Assembly: GCA_965263355.1 (NCBI GenBank)
Contig: CBDHHL010000032.1
Span: forward strand, 3,456,001-3,520,000
Reading direction: 5' to 3'
From: Leptolyngbyaceae cyanobacterium
Lineage (GTDB): Bacteria; Cyanobacteriota; Cyanobacteriia; Phormidesmidales; Phormidesmidaceae
DNA length: 64,000 nucleotides
Under the pieces are notes generated by a model. It did no database searches. It was not told the origin of the DNA and saw nothing but the letters and a program-made list of their open reading frames with translations. Of this stretch, positions 29,347 through 39,579 are shown piece after piece. The translations under genes were made by a program, and so were the position numbers. The number at the start of each line of letters is the position of its first letter. Position 1 is the stretch's first letter.

Positions 29347-29644
29347 CAGGTTAGACGTTATTGACTGCTGGCTAAGGGCGTGACCTCAGAGAAAAACCTC
29401 CAGTCACTATAAGTTGAGACATTTCACGGATGGTTTCTGGATAAGCCTCCTACCTTCAACAGGATAAGCCATCTCCAGGGTACTGAACTATTTTCCATAC
29501 AACAACGATTCGATTTTGCTCCGCTGCGTATCCACAAAACCGAAGCATCTGAAGCTTTTGGTTGGCCGTCGATAGTCGGGGGCATTGAGTAAGTCCCCAG
29601 ATACGATGCTCTGTTGGATGGAGCAAGACCATACCTCAGAGTAA

Positions 29645-30283
29645 CTAGTCATTTAAGGGATTGGAAATTCTGGGAGCACGACGCATAAACCAAATAGGTG
29701 GCCCTCCATTAGGCGTGTTCTTTTTCTCCATAACGGTGAAACCGTACTTCTCATAGAGAGGGAGATTGAGTTCATTTGAGTTTTCAAGATAAGCAGGCAA
29801 CTGCTCATTATCAGCCATGTTAAGGACATGAGCTAATAAACCGCTGCCAGCGCCCTTTCCACGGAAAGAGTTCTTCACTCCGATGGCGTGCAAGTAATAG
29901 TGAGGCTCTTGAAGATGATTTCGATCTAGGAACTCAGCGAGTTCGATAAAGCGCTTGAGGGATTGAACTCCTGCACGATTCAAAATTGTCCAACCTATCA
30001 TGGTCATGGTTAGTAGAGAGAAGTTGAGCTTTTTTCCAGGTTCTGCCCAGAGTGCGCAGCCCATAATATTTTTGTTCTCATCAATGATGCAGAATGAGCA
30101 ATCTAGCGGAGCATAAATATTCCGAAACTCTAACTCGAAAAGATCTCGAGCAATGCCTGCCCGTCCTGCTGCATGGCAAATAATGGGATCATTATAAAAG
30201 GCTTCCCCAAGAATGTCTGCGATGATACTTGTGTCGTTTAAACTAGCTTTAATTATCTTTTTGCTATCACTCATATCCATCAA
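29645..30283 (-). CDS. GNAT N-acetyltransferase
   Basis: HYYLHAIGV...FRGKGAGS, AYLENS and NLPLYEKYGF. Confidence 0.88.
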   Translation of the reverse strand: MMDMSDSKKIIKASLNDTSIIADILGEAFYNDPIICHAAGRAGIARDLFELEFRNIYAPLDCSFCIIDENKNIMGCALWAEPGKKLNFSLLTMTMIGWTILNRAGVQSLKRFIELAEFLDRNHLQEPHYYLHAIGVKNSFRGKGAGSGLLAHVLNMADNEQLPAYLENSNELNLPLYEKYGFTVMEKKNTPNGGPPIWFMRRAPRISNPLND

Positions 30284-30490
30284 AAAGTAACTTGAAAACC
30301 CTTATTGATGATACGTGAATTTGGCAGATGGAGCGAATGGTTCACTGCTGTGCGATCAGCGGTACGACAAGGCTCTCTAGATAATACAGCTGAGCAGTAG
30401 AGAAAAACTTATACTAAAGACCGCAGCCAGGTCTCTACTAGAATCCTAGCTGTGGTCTTACATTGTTAATTGGTTTTCGCAGACATCGGC

Positions 30491-32383
30491 CTATTCAACC
30501 GTTACTGATTTCGCCAAATTACGGGGCTGATCTACATCAAGGCCACGTCGAGCAGCAATGTGATAAGACAATAACTGTAAGGGTAACACCGTCAGCATTG
30601 GCGAGAGCAGTTCGTCAACAACTGGCACAGGCAATAGCGTATCAAAGGTGTGCTCGGCTTCCGGATCGTTGGCTGGAGCGACACCGATCAGCTGGGCATC
30701 ACGGGCCTTAGCTTCCTGCGCATTGGAGAGAACTTTATCGTAAACAGAGCCAGGGACGGCTATGGCCACCACCGGCACCTTCGCATCCAACAACGCAATC
30801 GGTCCATGCTTCATCTCCCCCGCCGGATATCCCTCCGCATGGATATAGCTAATCTCTTTTAGCTTCAACGCCCCTTCTAATGCGATGGGATAATTCACAC
30901 CGCGACCAATAAAGATAAAGTCTTGGGTTTCCGTAAAGCTATGGGCCAACTCCTCGGTGTAGCCCTCTTGCTTCTCAATTACATGCTCCATTTGTGTAGG
31001 TAGCTGTCGCATCGCTGCAATAATGTCAGCCAACTGTTGCCCTGAGAGAGTCTTCCGCTGATGGGCCAGTTCCAATGCCAGGAAGTAAAACGCCATCAGT
31101 TGCGCCACAAACGTCTTAGTGGCCGCCACCCCAATTTCAATGCCTGCATGGGTAGCCATAACATTGGGAACCAGACGTCCCAGAGAACTCTCCGGACGGT
31201 TGGTAATACCCAACATTCGAGGCGTAAACGCCGCATCTCCTTTTTCCGTACGTCGGGTTTGCTCCATCTCCAACGCCGCTAGCGTATCAGCGGTTTCACC
31301 TGACTGAGTCACACCAATGGTCAGCGCATTCGCAATCAGCGGCGTAGGGGAGTAACGAAACTCTGACGCATAGTGCACCACCGTAGGAATGCCAGCTAAC
31401 TGCTCTAACAGATGCTTGCCCACTAAACTCGCATGCCAGCTAGTACCACAGGCCACAATTTGCACATGCTCTAACCCTGCCAGTACTTCAGTATCTAACC
31501 CCAAATTCACAGGGGATTGAACGCTCTCAGGGGTCCAATCACTGGTCAGGTATTTCTCCAGGCTCGTCCGCACCACCCCAGGCTGCTCGTGGATTTCCTT
31601 CAGCATAAAGTGCTTGAACCCCTGCTTCTCCACCATGGTGGGGCTAATGCTGAGGGTGATAGGATGCTTCTTCAAGCGTCGACCGTTGAAGTCATAAATA
31701 GCCGCCCCCAGCGGTGTGAGCATCGCTAGCTCACCATTATCTAAGGGCAGCACAGCACTAGTATGGGGCACAATGGCAGGCGTATCAGAAGCACAGAAAA
31801 ATTCACCCTGGCCAAAACCAATGGCCAACGGTGCCTGTTGCCGCACCACAATCAGCTCGTCAGGAAAATCAGCACTGATCACAGCCAGGGCAAACGCACC
31901 TTCTAATTCATTCACAGCTTGGCGTACCGCTTCTAGCAGATCTGATTCATAGACCAACGGTCCTTCCACACCCTTGGCCAGATAATCAGAAATCAAATGG
32001 GGAATAACTTCGGTATCGGTTTCAGACTGAAATTCATAGCCCTTAGCAATTAACCCTTCCCGCAGTTCTCGATAGTTTTCAACAATGCCATTTTGTACAA
32101 CAGCAATGCGACCGCTGATATGGGGATGGGCATTATGTTCCTCGGGCTTGCCATGGGTAGCCCAGCGCGTATGACCAATACCCATACGCGCTGGATCTTC
32201 CAGCCCGTCCAGCTTATCTTGTAAATTTTGTAGCTTACCCTTGGCCCGCACTCGATTTAGCTGGCCTTCGCTAATAGTCGCAACACCCGCTGAGTCATAG
32301 CCGCGATATTCTAGCTTGCGCAACCCTTCAATCAGAATATTGCTAGCAGCCCGAGTGCCTATATAACCAACGATTCCGCACAT
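30491..32383 (-). CDS. glmS: Glutamine--fructose-6-phosphate aminotransferase
   Basis: MCGIVG, LEYRGYDSAG, GHTRWATHG and C-terminal PRNLAKSVTVE. Confidence 0.98.
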   Translation of the reverse strand: MCGIVGYIGTRAASNILIEGLRKLEYRGYDSAGVATISEGQLNRVRAKGKLQNLQDKLDGLEDPARMGIGHTRWATHGKPEEHNAHPHISGRIAVVQNGIVENYRELREGLIAKGYEFQSETDTEVIPHLISDYLAKGVEGPLVYESDLLEAVRQAVNELEGAFALAVISADFPDELIVVRQQAPLAIGFGQGEFFCASDTPAIVPHTSAVLPLDNGELAMLTPLGAAIYDFNGRRLKKHPITLSISPTMVEKQGFKHFMLKEIHEQPGVVRTSLEKYLTSDWTPESVQSPVNLGLDTEVLAGLEHVQIVACGTSWHASLVGKHLLEQLAGIPTVVHYASEFRYSPTPLIANALTIGVTQSGETADTLAALEMEQTRRTEKGDAAFTPRMLGITNRPESSLGRLVPNVMATHAGIEIGVAATKTFVAQLMAFYFLALELAHQRKTLSGQQLADIIAAMRQLPTQMEHVIEKQEGYTEELAHSFTETQDFIFIGRGVNYPIALEGALKLKEISYIHAEGYPAGEMKHGPIALLDAKVPVVAIAVPGSVYDKVLSNAQEAKARDAQLIGVAPANDPEAEHTFDTLLPVPVVDELLSPMLTVLPLQLLSYHIAARRGLDVDQPRNLAKSVTVE

Positions 32384-32721
32384 ATGATGTCTCCTTTAGA
32401 TGCTAGCCGCATAACGACAATTATCAATTTTGTTTAGCTGAGATAGATTAATTTGCCTGAAATACAGACGTCATTGGACTACGTAAACTTAAATTTTTGT
32501 AGCCGTCAACAGTAATCCGATTTTCTAGGTCAGGCCTTTTAATACTTGTTTTAATGACTACCATTGGCATTAAATAGCCTTAAATTTGATGGAAAAGCCA
32601 ACGTTATCAAACTTTGATGAAGTGAAAATACCCACCAAAGTTCCTAGTAGCGGCAATGTCTGGCTACCAGGGGAATAACGTAAAATGCCAGCAGGCCGTT
32701 ATATATTTCTCGTCACCTCCT

Positions 32722-33516
32722 ATGGTTGCCACGTTACCCTCCAAAAATGCCAAAAAGTTAGAAGCGCGTCTGCGAGGGCTAGTGGGCAAAGCGATTTACG
32801 ACTATGCCATGATCCAAGCGGGCGACAGGGTCATGGTATGTCTATCAGGGGGCAAAGACTCCTACACCATGCTGTCTCTGCTGATGTCATTGCAGCGCAG
32901 TGCGCCAGTCAAGTTTGACTTACTAGCAGTCAACCTGGATCAAAAGCAGCCAGATTTTCCAGAACATGTGCTGCCAAACTATTTGGAATCGGTGGGTGTG
33001 CCCTATCGCATCGTTGAGGAGGACACCTACAGCACCGTTACCCGCATTATCCCTGAGGGAAAGACCATGTGTGGTTTGTGCTCTCGCTTGCGACGGGGGA
33101 TTTTGTACCGTGTGGCCAGTGAAGAAGGGGCCACCAAAATTGCCTTAGGTCACCACCGTGACGATATCGTAGAAACCCTATTTCTCAACATGTTCCATGG
33201 CGGTCGTCTCAAGGCCATGCCTCCCAAGCTGCGCACCGATGATGGCCAACACATTGTCATTCGTCCCCTGGCCTACTGCCCTGAGCATGACATTGCCCGC
33301 TATGCCCGCTATCGTGAGTTCCCAATTATTCCCTGCAATTTATGCGGTTCTCAAGAAAATCTGCAGCGCGCCAATATCAAACGCATGCTGCAACAATGGG
33401 AGACTGAATTTCCAGGACGCACAGAAAGCCTGTTTCGCAGCATTCAGAATGTGTCACCCTCCCAATTAGCAGACACTGACTTGTTCGACTTCATTGGACT
33501 AAGTACCAAAAAATGA
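32722..33516 (+). CDS. ttcA: tRNA 2-thiocytidine(32) synthetase (start probably ATG 32722; ORF opens at 32656)
   Basis: SGGKDS PP-loop, [16 protein letters not shown] and PCNLCGSQ. Confidence 0.92.
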   Translation: MVATLPSKNAKKLEARLRGLVGKAIYDYAMIQAGDRVMVCLSGGKDSYTMLSLLMSLQRSAPVKFDLLAVNLDQKQPDFPEHVLPNYLESVGVPYRIVEEDTYSTVTRIIPEGKTMCGLCSRLRRGILYRVASEEGATKIALGHHRDDIVETLFLNMFHGGRLKAMPPKLRTDDGQHIVIRPLAYCPEHDIARYARYREFPIIPCNLCGSQENLQRANIKRMLQQWETEFPGRTESLFRSIQNVSPSQLADTDLFDFIGLSTKK

Positions 33517-33549
33517 GAGAGCTATTGATTTTGTAACAGCTCTCTCATT
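33512..33549. terminator. Hairpin between convergent ttcA and DoxX genes
   Basis: AATGAGAGAGCT/AGCTCTCTCATT 12-bp perfect stem. Confidence 0.65.
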
Positions 33550-33577
33550 CTTAAAAGTTCCCTGAACTTGACACAAA

Positions 33578-34114
33578 TCAGGAGTTTATGAGTGCTTCCT
33601 CAGATGAAGATGCAGCTAGGCTCTTTTCCAGCTTCATAATCTGCCTTGCCTTAGTGGAAAGCACATTGTCGTTTAACCACTGTGTAATCAATGCATCGAT
33701 TGAAAACAGACCAGCACCATTGATGGTAAAGAACAAGAAAATTGCAGCGTAAATGGCAGACAGTTCAAGATAAGGCAAGCTTAGACCGGCGACCTTAATA
33801 TGGTGATACATAGCCACACACATAGTGCCAAATAGGCCTAAAGCAGCAGGGCGCGTTAGCAGACCAAACGCAACCAGTGGTGCACCGATTAATTCTGTGT
33901 AAGCCGCAATGTAGCTGAGCAATACAGGAAAGGGCAATCCCAAATAAGCCACATAGGCCTGAGCGAAGCTATTGATATCAGCTAATTTATCAAAGCCGTT
34001 GTGTACCATCATGATACCAACGGTTACTCTGACAATTGCCAGGGTGGTTTGTGCTGCTAGGTTGAGATTAACGTTGGGCTTAAATAGGGAAACAGGAGAG
34101 ACATTTATGGCCAT
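33578..34114 (-). CDS. DoxX-family membrane protein
   Basis: RVTVGIMMVHNGFDKL, ELIG...GLLTR and GAGLFSID. Confidence 0.88.
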   Translation of the reverse strand: MAINVSPVSLFKPNVNLNLAAQTTLAIVRVTVGIMMVHNGFDKLADINSFAQAYVAYLGLPFPVLLSYIAAYTELIGAPLVAFGLLTRPAALGLFGTMCVAMYHHIKVAGLSLPYLELSAIYAAIFLFFTINGAGLFSIDALITQWLNDNVLSTKARQIMKLEKSLAASSSEEALINS

Positions 34115-34256
34115 AACCAGGGATCAAAATTAATTATTGAGTATGCTTATATTAAAAATTGTAACCAATTAATTAAGAAAAGTAATGATGCTAAGTAAAA
34201 AAATCCTCTCAATTTGGAGGATGCCATCCTCAACTCTGTAGACAGACGCACTAGTA

Positions 34257-34988
34257 TTAAATTTCTAGCGATTGGCTCAAGACTTGCATAAATGCCTGAG
34301 GCTGTTCCCAAGGAACTCGATGCCCAGCATCGTAAATTTCAATATGGGTGAGGTTTGTGCCGGTTGCCATCAAGGTTTGTCCAATATGGCTATAACGATG
34401 GTCATCACTACCGGTAATGTAAGCCATCGGTAGTGATAAACGATTGAGTTGCGGTGCTAGGTGATCCATGCGCCCCTTGGAATAGGCTTCAAACCCATGG
34501 GCAATTTTTTGACGGTCAAAGTTAGCTTCTAGCCGGGATGTGAGGCAGGGCCGCCCATAAAAAACGGGCAGGGCATCCCACTCACGTAATAACTTGTCCC
34601 AAGGTTCTGTTAAAAAACGGTTAGCCCAGGTGCGATCGCGTCTCAAACAGTCCTCTTTTAGTTGTGGATCAGCTATCCCTGGATCGGCACTGACAATAAT
34701 GGCCCCAGCCCATAACCCAGGATCGGCCAGCAGCGCATGCATAGCCAGTCTACCGCCGAGAGAATAGCCAAGTAAATAATGCTGAGTAGAAGCCACCACC
34801 TGAGATGATAAACGAACACGGTTACAGAAGTCATAGCCCCACTGCCAACAATCACTCGCCAGGGTTTCCCAAAGATTGACAGGTTGAACAACAACGTCCT
34901 TTCCCGTCTCTAGTAGAGAACAGAAAAGGACGTCCCAAACCGCAGGTTGTTGTAAGTTACCGTGCAGGCTCCATAGAATGCGCATCAA
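34257..34988 (-). CDS. Alpha/beta hydrolase, MenH (SHCHC synthase)-like
   Basis: LHG oxyanion motif, GYSLGGRLA nucleophile elbow, AGHRVPWEQP. Confidence 0.75.
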   Translation of the reverse strand: MMRILWSLHGNLQQPAVWDVLFCSLLETGKDVVVQPVNLWETLASDCWQWGYDFCNRVRLSSQVVASTQHYLLGYSLGGRLAMHALLADPGLWAGAIIVSADPGIADPQLKEDCLRRDRTWANRFLTEPWDKLLREWDALPVFYGRPCLTSRLEANFDRQKIAHGFEAYSKGRMDHLAPQLNRLSLPMAYITGSDDHRYSHIGQTLMATGTNLTHIEIYDAGHRVPWEQPQAFMQVLSQSLEI

Positions 34989-35041
34989 TGTTAGTCATCA
35001 CAAACCGACTCGGTTTATTGTAAGACTAAACACAGATGGTT

Positions 35042-36115
35042 CTATTTGACCGCATACACACTGTCATAGTAAGCCCGATACTCTTCTGAGAGTAAAGGAC
35101 GCCACCAGCTTTGGTGGGTTAGATACCATTCCACCGTTTGTCTCAGGCCTTGCTCAACGGTAATGCTGGGTGTCCAGCCTAGTTCTTGTTGCAGCTTACT
35201 CGAATTAATCGCATAGCGACGATCATGGCCCTGGCGATCCTGAACAAACGTAATCAGCTGTTTAGACGGTTTGACAGGAATCTCTGGAGCTAGCTCGTCC
35301 AAAATGTCACAAAGTAGATGAACAAGATCCAGATTTTTTACTTCGTTGTTGCCACCAACATTGTAAACCTCACCCGGTTTACTCTCTAGTAAGACCTTAG
35401 CTACGGCGCTACAGTGATCGCTCACATGCAACCAGTCACGGATATTTTGACCATCCCCATAAATGGGCAAATTTTTACCCGTCAAAATGTTAATGCACAT
35501 CAAGGGGATCAGCTTTTCTGGAAACTGATACGGGCCATAGTTGTTGGAACAGTTGGTGATTAATGTGGGTAATCCATAGGTATGGAAATAAGACCGCACT
35601 AGATGATCGCTACCCGCTTTTGATGCCGAATAAGGGCTGTTGGGCGCGTAGGGAGTGGTTTCAGAAAATGCTGGATCTGTCGGACTCAAGCTACCGTAGA
35701 CTTCATCGGTCGAAATATGGTGAAATCGGTAGTAGGCAGGCTTATCCTGAGCTTGCCAATGCATGCGAAAACTCTCTAGCAGGGTAAATGTACCGACCAC
35801 ATTGGTTTGGACAAATGCTCCAGGTCCCAGAATTGAGCGATCAACGTGGGATTCTGCGGCAAAGTGAACAAGGGTATCGATCGCTTCTTCGGCTAAGAGG
35901 GTATCAACGAGGGTGCGATCGCAAATATCACCCTGCACAAAACGGAACGTTGGAGCCTTATCCAGATCAGATAACGTAGAACGATTTCCCGCATAGGTAA
36001 GCGCATCAAGCACAATTAACCGATCATTCGGGTAATGTTGATGCCAGTGGTAAACAAAATTAGCACCAATAAAACCAGCGCCACCAGTTACTAATAGGTT
36101 TCTAGATTGTGTCAT
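35042..36115 (-). CDS. rfbB: dTDP-glucose 4,6-dehydratase
   Basis: TGGAGFIG, HFAAESHVDRSI, STDEVYG and YSASK. Confidence 0.97.
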   Translation of the reverse strand: MTQSRNLLVTGGAGFIGANFVYHWHQHYPNDRLIVLDALTYAGNRSTLSDLDKAPTFRFVQGDICDRTLVDTLLAEEAIDTLVHFAAESHVDRSILGPGAFVQTNVVGTFTLLESFRMHWQAQDKPAYYRFHHISTDEVYGSLSPTDPAFSETTPYAPNSPYSASKAGSDHLVRSYFHTYGLPTLITNCSNNYGPYQFPEKLIPLMCINILTGKNLPIYGDGQNIRDWLHVSDHCSAVAKVLLESKPGEVYNVGGNNEVKNLDLVHLLCDILDELAPEIPVKPSKQLITFVQDRQGHDRRYAINSSKLQQELGWTPSITVEQGLRQTVEWYLTHQSWWRPLLSEEYRAYYDSVYAVK

Positions 36116-36128
36116 TGTTGATAGCTCC

Positions 36129-37205
36129 CTAAGTCAATTGAATTTGGCTATCATCACCAAGCATGAGCTTTAGGGCCTTAGGACGCTGCTCAGAATTCGT
36201 CAGATGGACACGCTGGCCAATCAAGCTATCAACGATACGCTGATCAACGGCTTCGATCTTCGTACCTTCGAGAATCACACTATGACTAATGTCCGCATCT
36301 ATCAATGTGACATTGTCAGCGATGCTACTGTGAGGGCCAATAAAACTGTTTTCAATATGACAGTTCTCACCAATCATAACCGGCCCTCGAATCATACAAT
36401 TGCCAATCTTGCTGCCCTTACCAATGGATACTCGCCCAGCTATTTTACTTTGCTCATCAATCTCTCCATCGAGCAGACCACCTTGCAAATAGGTATCCAA
36501 GATAATCCGATTGGCTTCTAGCAAATCGTCCTTTTTACCTGTATCTAACCACCAACCTGACAAGCGTTCCGATATAACGCCCTTCTGAGTATCAATCAGG
36601 TTTTGGATAGCGTCAGTAATCTCTAACTCGCCCCGAGGTGACGGCTGAATATTAGAAATTGCCCCATGAATTTCAGGAGAAAACAAATAAACACCGACTA
36701 AAGCCAGGTTAGAGGGTGGATTCTTCGGTTTTTCTACCAGGGCCTCAACTTCCCCACTAGCAGTAACCTTAGCCACACCAAAAGCCCTGGGATCTTCCAC
36801 CTCTCGCAATAAAATCAGTGAGTTAGCATCACTATTTTTGAACTGATTGACAAACCCTGACAACTCATCCTGAATCAAGTTATCCCCCAAATACATCACA
36901 AATGGAGAATCTGCCAAAAAGGGTTGAGCAACTTTAACCGCATGGGCAAGGCCAGCAGGTTCAGATTGCAGAATGTAAGTAATATTTGCCCCAAACCGCT
37001 CTCCATTACCCGTCTTTTCACGAATCTCGCCACCTGTTTCAGGGCTAATAATAATACCAATATCAACAATGCCGGCAGCAACAATACTTTCAATCCCGTA
37101 CCAGAGAATTGGCTTATTAGCGACTGGAACCAGTTGCTTTGCGCCTGTATGGGTAAGAGGCCTTAATCGTGTACCTCTACCCCCTGAGAGAATAAGTGCT
37201 TTCAT
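36129..37205 (-). CDS. rfbA: Glucose-1-phosphate thymidylyltransferase (long form)
   Basis: LSGGRGTRLRPLT..KQLVPV and RGELEITDA; inside the rfb operon. Confidence 0.93.
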   Translation of the reverse strand: MKALILSGGRGTRLRPLTHTGAKQLVPVANKPILWYGIESIVAAGIVDIGIIISPETGGEIREKTGNGERFGANITYILQSEPAGLAHAVKVAQPFLADSPFVMYLGDNLIQDELSGFVNQFKNSDANSLILLREVEDPRAFGVAKVTASGEVEALVEKPKNPPSNLALVGVYLFSPEIHGAISNIQPSPRGELEITDAIQNLIDTQKGVISERLSGWWLDTGKKDDLLEANRIILDTYLQGGLLDGEIDEQSKIAGRVSIGKGSKIGNCMIRGPVMIGENCHIENSFIGPHSSIADNVTLIDADISHSVILEGTKIEAVDQRIVDSLIGQRVHLTNSEQRPKALKLMLGDDSQIQLT

Positions 37206-37211
37206 GGTTAA

Positions 37212-38090
37212 TTAATTTACTTTGTATAGTTCAGCTAACATTTGTTTGAGTGAACTCCGCCAATGGGGAGGAGTGATGCCAATAAGCTCCCTAAGCTTAA
37301 CATTGGACATAGCAGAGTAAGCCGGTCGCGGCGCTGGCAACGGATACTCTGGAGTAGTAATGGGCTGAATTTCCTTTACTTTTAGCTCAAATCCTAGCTC
37401 CATCACCTCTTCCACGGTAGCCACCGCCAAGTCATACCAACTAGCAACGCCACTATTCGTAAAATGATAGATGCCATAGGTCGTCTCATTGAGCTGCGGG
37501 ATTAATCGGGCAATCGTCTGAGCAATATCCCTAGACCATGTAGGGGTACTAACCTGGTCTTCGACAATCTTTAAAATCTCTCTTTCCTTTGCCAAACGAA
37601 TGATCGTTTTGACAAAGTTTCCTTTACCCAAAGCCCCGTAAACCCAGGCAGTGCGCAAAACCGCATATTTTCCACCGACGGCACGAATAGCCTCTTCACC
37701 GGCTAATTTGGAAGCACCATAAACACTTTGGGGGTTTGTTGCGTCTGTCTCTACATATGGCACCCCCTGTAAACCATCAAACACATAATCAGTAGAAATA
37801 TGCACCAATGTGGCACCACAGGACTGGGCGGCTAGAGCCATTTGCTCAGGGGCAGCCTGATTGACTTTATAGGCTAATTCAACCTCAGACTCTGCCTTAT
37901 CAACAGCTGTATAGGCAGCTGCATTGACAATGACATCAGGGCTCAGCGCAATTATTTTGGCATGGAGATCGTCAAGGCAAGTGAGGTTAATATCATGACG
38001 ACTCCAGCAAGAAATATCACCTAACCCGCTCAAACTCAAGCTCAGTTCTTGACCTACCTGTCCCTGCGCACCGATCAAAAGCACGTTCAT
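37212..38090 (-). CDS. rfbD: dTDP-4-dehydrorhamnose reductase
   Basis: GAQGQVG, NAAAYTAVDKAE, STDYVFDG and YGASK. Confidence 0.96.
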   Translation of the reverse strand: MNVLLIGAQGQVGQELSLSLSGLGDISCWSRHDINLTCLDDLHAKIIALSPDVIVNAAAYTAVDKAESEVELAYKVNQAAPEQMALAAQSCGATLVHISTDYVFDGLQGVPYVETDATNPQSVYGASKLAGEEAIRAVGGKYAVLRTAWVYGALGKGNFVKTIIRLAKEREILKIVEDQVSTPTWSRDIAQTIARLIPQLNETTYGIYHFTNSGVASWYDLAVATVEEVMELGFELKVKEIQPITTPEYPLPAPRPAYSAMSNVKLRELIGITPPHWRSSLKQMLAELYKVN

Positions 38091-38635
38091 TGATAGACCT
38101 CCGCATCACCAAAAGCAACTCCAGCACGATCCTTATCAGACAGAACAGGGCTTATACCATTAAGGGGCCAGTCAATGGCTAAATCCGGATCATCCCACCG
38201 AATACTCCGTTCATACTCTGGAGCATAGTAGTCTGTTGTTTTATACAACACTTCAGCAATGTCAGATAACACCAAAAAACCATGGGCAAATCCAGGCGGA
38301 ATCCATAGCTGATGTTTATCATCAGCATTTAAAGTTACGCCAACCCATTGACCAAATGTGGGAGAACTTGCACGAATATCAACAGCGACGTCAAAAATCT
38401 TACCAGCCACCACCCGCACTAATTTACCTTGGGCCTGCTGAATTTGATAATGCAATCCTCGTAAAATTCCTTGTTTAGAGCGGGAATGATTATCCTGAAC
38501 AAACGCAAGAGAGTCATCAATTTTGTCTTCGAAAGTCTTCTGATTAAAGCTTTCAAAAAAAAATCCACGATGATCGCCATATACTCGTGGTTCTATAAGA
38601 ACGACATCTGAGACCTTAGTAGGTTGAATTTTCAT
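38087..38635 (-). CDS. rfbC: dTDP-4-dehydrorhamnose 3,5-epimerase
   Basis: DHRGFFFE, QDNHSRS, LRGLHYQ and GFAHGF. Confidence 0.97.
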   Translation of the reverse strand: MKIQPTKVSDVVLIEPRVYGDHRGFFFESFNQKTFEDKIDDSLAFVQDNHSRSKQGILRGLHYQIQQAQGKLVRVVAGKIFDVAVDIRASSPTFGQWVGVTLNADDKHQLWIPPGFAHGFLVLSDIAEVLYKTTDYYAPEYERSIRWDDPDLAIDWPLNGISPVLSDKDRAGVAFGDAEVYQ

Positions 38636-38867
38636 TTTTCATTGATTTTATGATTTTCAACAATGGACATTGCAACACTTCTCAGCAGCTCTGCCAACCT
38701 CAAGAACTCAACACAAAAGATACTAATGCAATCAGACTAAAGGATTTGGTGGCTTTAATCTAGCGCTCAAGTGGAAAAAACGTTATCGTGGATTTGCCCC
38801 AGACGAGGCCTGGTTCATCCTGACTAACTTTGGCAAATTGACACGGCTATCAACGGATACACTAAAA

Positions 38868-39365
38868 CCCGCATTTCTCACATGCTTCTCGAAGCGAGTG
38901 CCAAAATGAATTTTGCGAAGACTTTTGAGGGCGCTTGAGGCGGAGATGGATAACCAATGGGATTTCGCCTCAAGAATATAGAAATTCGCGTTGAGCCTAA
39001 TCAATGTGTCTGGAGATGAGAGGGGTTTGGCGACAGTCAGTCAGCCCAATATCTCAGATACCCAAGAGGCACCTGAAAGTCTGTATTGCTTAGTTCAGTT
39101 GAGCGTGTTAGGGGGTATCGGGTAACGCCTCCAAACGTTGATGGGCTAAGACGAACAGGTGCTGTAGTGGGAAAGCCGAGTGTAACGCCACGTGAATGCG
39201 ACGCGCACTGATGCGAATCAAGGTGCCGACTTTCAACAACCGAGTCCGCAGAGTCCCGACGCGAGCATTGGCTAACTCAGTATGGTGCAAGGCCTGTTGA
39301 CGCAGGGCATTGAGCAAGACATAGGCGAATGATGAAAACCACAGTCGTAATTGATTGTCATCAAA
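38868..39365 (-). mobile_element. IS1380-family remnant: last ~85 codons of transposase (39108-39365) plus probable downstream element end
   Basis: FDDNQLRLWFSSFAYVLLNALR...TLRTRLLKVG..IRISARRI matches IS1380-type C-termini; in-frame stop immediately upstream; CCCGCATTTCTCA at 38868 resembles an IS1380 terminus (from recall). Confidence 0.75.
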
Positions 39366-39579
39366 TTAAAGTGGGGAAAATTTGGTCCTAAGAACGGCTG
39401 AAACTCTTATGTGCTGGAACCGTTTCCCTAGAAGGTTTCCCGCCTTAAAATATAAGCCTATTCCGGCTTAAAATATAGGCCATATCCTCCACGTTATGAA
39501 TACTGGCTGTTAAAATTCGCGTTGAACTTTTCACTACTGAGCATTTCATAAGTGAGCAAAAGTAGAGGATAGGTCAGTT

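Noticed and set aside
32384..32655. glmS ribozyme upstream of glmS
   Set aside because: AT-rich region with no recognisable ribozyme core or stems.
32722..33516. ttcA as a horizontally acquired gene
   Set aside because: Cannot be judged without a phylogeny, and there are no flanking mobility signs.
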